The notes under the pieces: generated by a model
Told to the model about the DNA's origin: nothing
What the model saw: only the letters and a program-made list of their open reading frames with translations
The model's database searches: none
NCBI GenBank assembly: GCA_046497275.1
Contig: JAWOFX010000138.1
Location: forward strand, 1 to 7,617
Direction: 5' to 3'
DNA length: 7,617 nt
DNA from: Promethearchaeia archaeon
Lineage (GTDB): Archaea; Asgardarchaeota; Lokiarchaeia; Sigyniarchaeales; SOKP01
Shown: one piece after another, positions 5,507 to 7,617 of the stretch
Numbering within the stretch: position 1 is the first letter of the stretch
How the letters are laid out: the number at the start of each line of letters is the position of its first letter
Translations under genes and position numbers: made by a program

Positions 5507-6724
5507 ATGCCTAATTTAGAATATACTGAAGAATTGAGACAAAAGTATGCAAATCTAACGAGAACTGTGAATGAAGAATTTATCAATATTCATCCCATCC
5601 AGAGGGGAGGAATATTAACTCCTGAAGCTTATAGAGCATTAATTGCTTATGCTGATGGATATAGTTTATGTGATAATTGTTTAAAAGGTAGAATTGATAA
5701 AATTGAGAATCCTCCAGTGATTGATTTTTTAAAGGATATGGCGAGTTATTTACAGATTGAAAATGTGATGCCGACTGCCGCAGCTAGAAGAGCAAAACAA
5801 ATTGCGATGAAAGTGCTTTCCGAAAGATATCCCGAGCGCAGAGTAGTGATAGTAGACAGTTTGGCTCATTATACTACATATTTGGCAGTTGAAACGAATA
5901 ATTTACAGATAAAAGAAGTTCCTAATAGTGGATATCCAGAATATAAATTAGAAAAAGAAAATTTCGAAGCAACAATAAACCAAGTTCAAAAACATGAGGC
6001 AGAATTACCATTGCTGGTCGTTTTAACTCATGTTGATTATAAATATGGAAATTTTAATGATCCTTCTCCTATTGGAGAAATCTGTGAGACGTATAATATC
6101 CCATTCTTATTGAATGCTGCTTACTCTGGAGGTATCTTTCCTATTGATTGTGAGAAGGGAAAAGTTGATTTCATAGCTTGTTCGGGTCATAAATCTATGG
6201 CTTCTTCAGGTCCAATTGGTTTGTTAGGTTTTAAAGATAACTATTATAATGATGTAATGGTACATTCTAAAATTCATGGAAATCTCACCAATAGAACATT
6301 TTCAAATAAAATATGTACTTTTATGGGATGTCCTCCTGTTTATGGAGCACCTCTGATTACTTTAATGGCAAGTTTTCCCACCGTCGTAAAACGAACACAA
6401 AAAAAATATGTAAAAGAAGAGTCAAAAAAAGCAAATTATGTTATTGAAAAAATTCAGAAGATAAAAAATTTGAAAGTTTTAGGAAAATTACCTAAAATTC
6501 ATCCACTTACAAACGTAGAAACAAAATGCTTTGAAGAAGTGTCAAAATCCCATCCTAGGAGGGGTTTCTTCCTAAGAGACGAATTTAAAGAAAGAGGGAT
6601 ACTCGGAATGTTGCCTGGTATCTCAAAGGAGGTCAAGTTTAATACTTTCGGTCTTTCTTGGGATCAAGTAAAGCATTTTGCTGATTCTTTCTTAGAAATC
6701 GCTAAAAAATATAATCTTCTATAA
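5507..6724 (+). CDS. pscS: O-phospho-L-seryl-tRNA:Cys-tRNA synthase (SepCysS), PLP-dependent
   Basis: 405 aa. KYANLTR...FINIHPIQRGGILT, DGYSLCDNC (C55/C58), AR, AHY (H121/Y122), HVD..YGN, SGHKSMA (PLP Lys229), MGC (C275), TLMASFP and RRGFF...E.K.RGI.G...G..KE.K...FGL.W.QV are colinear with Methanocaldococcus/Archaeoglobus SepCysS as I recall them. SD-like GAGGT at 5490-5494. Confidence 0.95.
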   Translation: MPNLEYTEELRQKYANLTRTVNEEFINIHPIQRGGILTPEAYRALIAYADGYSLCDNCLKGRIDKIENPPVIDFLKDMASYLQIENVMPTAAARRAKQIAMKVLSERYPERRVVIVDSLAHYTTYLAVETNNLQIKEVPNSGYPEYKLEKENFEATINQVQKHEAELPLLVVLTHVDYKYGNFNDPSPIGEICETYNIPFLLNAAYSGGIFPIDCEKGKVDFIACSGHKSMASSGPIGLLGFKDNYYNDVMVHSKIHGNLTNRTFSNKICTFMGCPPVYGAPLITLMASFPTVVKRTQKKYVKEESKKANYVIEKIQKIKNLKVLGKLPKIHPLTNVETKCFEEVSKSHPRRGFFLRDEFKERGILGMLPGISKEVKFNTFGLSWDQVKHFADSFLEIAKKYNLL

Positions 6725-6783
6725 AATTTTATTTAGTGTTTTAAAAAAAGATTTTTCTTAAATGAATAGATTCAATCTCGAAA

Positions 6784-6800
6784 CCGAATAGCTTAAAATA
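6784..6800 (+). promoter_or_regulatory. Candidate BRE/TATA CCGAATAGCTTAAAATA upstream of nadA
   Basis: Resembles the archaeal BRE (purine-rich, CGAA) plus TATA (CTTAAAAT). It lies about 130 nt before the nadA ATG. Confidence 0.4.
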
Positions 6801-6930
6801 TTGCTTTAATTATCTGTTATAACTTAATTATAGGTCTTCTATAGATTATGAATAAAACAGGTCTATAAATTTTCATTACATAATATAATTAAATAAATAA
6901 TCTAATTCAATTTTGAAAAGATGGATAACT

Positions 6931-7617
6931 ATGAGTATAAGCGAAATACAATCAGATATTCGAGATCTTAAAAAACAAAAGGATGTTACCATTTTAGCAC
7001 ACTATTATCAAGAATTAAGTATACAAGAAATTGCAGATTTTTTAGGAGATTCTTTAGGATTATCCCGAATAGCTAAAGAAAAAGCTAATTCTAAATACAT
7101 CATTTTTGCTGGAGTTATATTTATGGCTGAAACAGCATCAATATTAAATCAAAATAAAAAGATATTGATTCCTTCTAAGGAGGCATGTTGTCCACTCGCA
7201 GACTATTTGAATGGAAATATTGTAAAAGAATATAAAAGAGAATATCCTGACATTCCTATTGTAACTTACGTAAATACTACCGCAGAAGTAAAAGCAGAAT
7301 CTGATATTTGTTGTACCTCATCTAATTCTGTGGATATTGTTAGAAAGATCAGTAAAGAATTTGGTACCAGTGAAGTTTTATTTGGACCAGATAAAAATTT
7401 AGCAGAATATGCTGAAGAACGATCAGGCTTAAAAATTGTGAAAATGCCAGGGAATGGACATTGTTATGTACATTCACATTTATCTTTAGATGATATTAAA
7501 GAGGTAGAAGAGGAACATCCCAAGGCTGAGCTTTTAGTCCATCCAGAATGTAATAAAGATGTCAGAGATTATGCTGACTATATAGGCTCAACAGCTGGAA
7601 TGTATAATTATGTTAAG
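6931..7617 (+). CDS. nadA: Quinolinate synthase NadA, 3'-truncated by the window edge (absent from the ORF track)
   Basis: Hand translation from ATG 6931 gives 229 codons with no stop: MSISEIQSDIRDLKKQKDVTILAHYYQ...ADFLGDSLGL...FAGVIFMAETA...ACCPLA...YVNTTAEVKA..DICCTSSN...FGPDKNL...GHCYVH...HPEC...IGSTAGM. These are the NadA signature motifs, including two of the three [4Fe-4S] Cys. Confidence 0.96.
   Translation, partial: MSISEIQSDIRDLKKQKDVTILAHYYQELSIQEIADFLGDSLGLSRIAKEKANSKYIIFAGVIFMAETASILNQNKKILIPSKEACCPLADYLNGNIVKEYKREYPDIPIVTYVNTTAEVKAESDICCTSSNSVDIVRKISKEFGTSEVLFGPDKNLAEYAEERSGLKIVKMPGNGHCYVHSHLSLDDIKEVEEEHPKAELLVHPECNKDVRDYADYIGSTAGMYNYVK

Noticed and set aside
5507-6724. SepSecS or generic cysteine desulfurase
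   Set aside because: The PIQRGG, DGYS-x-CD-x-C, SGHKSM and RRGFF motifs are specific to SepCysS.
6762-6868. Tiny ORFs MNRFNLETE (6762-6791) and MNKTGL (6848-6868) upstream of nadA
   Set aside because: Too short, with no RBS or compositional bias suggesting a leader peptide.

Overview
AT-rich archaeal chromosomal window with no mobile element, CRISPR array or RNA gene that I can support. The gene mix (archaeal-type SepF, an Sm-rpl37e pair, a stand-alone Roadblock/LC7 protein, SepCysS, a 2-hydroxyacyl-CoA dehydratase pair) fits an anaerobic archaeon, most plausibly Asgard/Lokiarchaeia-like (inference). In order: 3' part of a sepF-like gene (+); 2-hydroxyacyl-CoA dehydratase alpha and beta subunits (-) with no activator ATPase nearby; a 300-bp divergent intergenic region with nested inverted repeats; an Sm/Lsm protein with an acidic tail plus rpl37e (+); a Roadblock/LC7 protein overlapping a ThiF/MoeB/E1-like adenylyltransferase that lacks the crossover-loop Cys (+); a gamma-carbonic-anhydrase-family protein (-); Sep-tRNA:Cys-tRNA synthase pscS (+); and the 5' 229 codons of nadA (+), which the ORF track misses. 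Most of this is housekeeping or metabolic. The best leads are the Roadblock-E1 coupled pair, the acidic-tailed Sm protein, the orphan and locally divergent SepCysS, the activator-less dehydratase pair and the mirror-symmetric divergent promoter. None is proven to be a new system from sequence alone.
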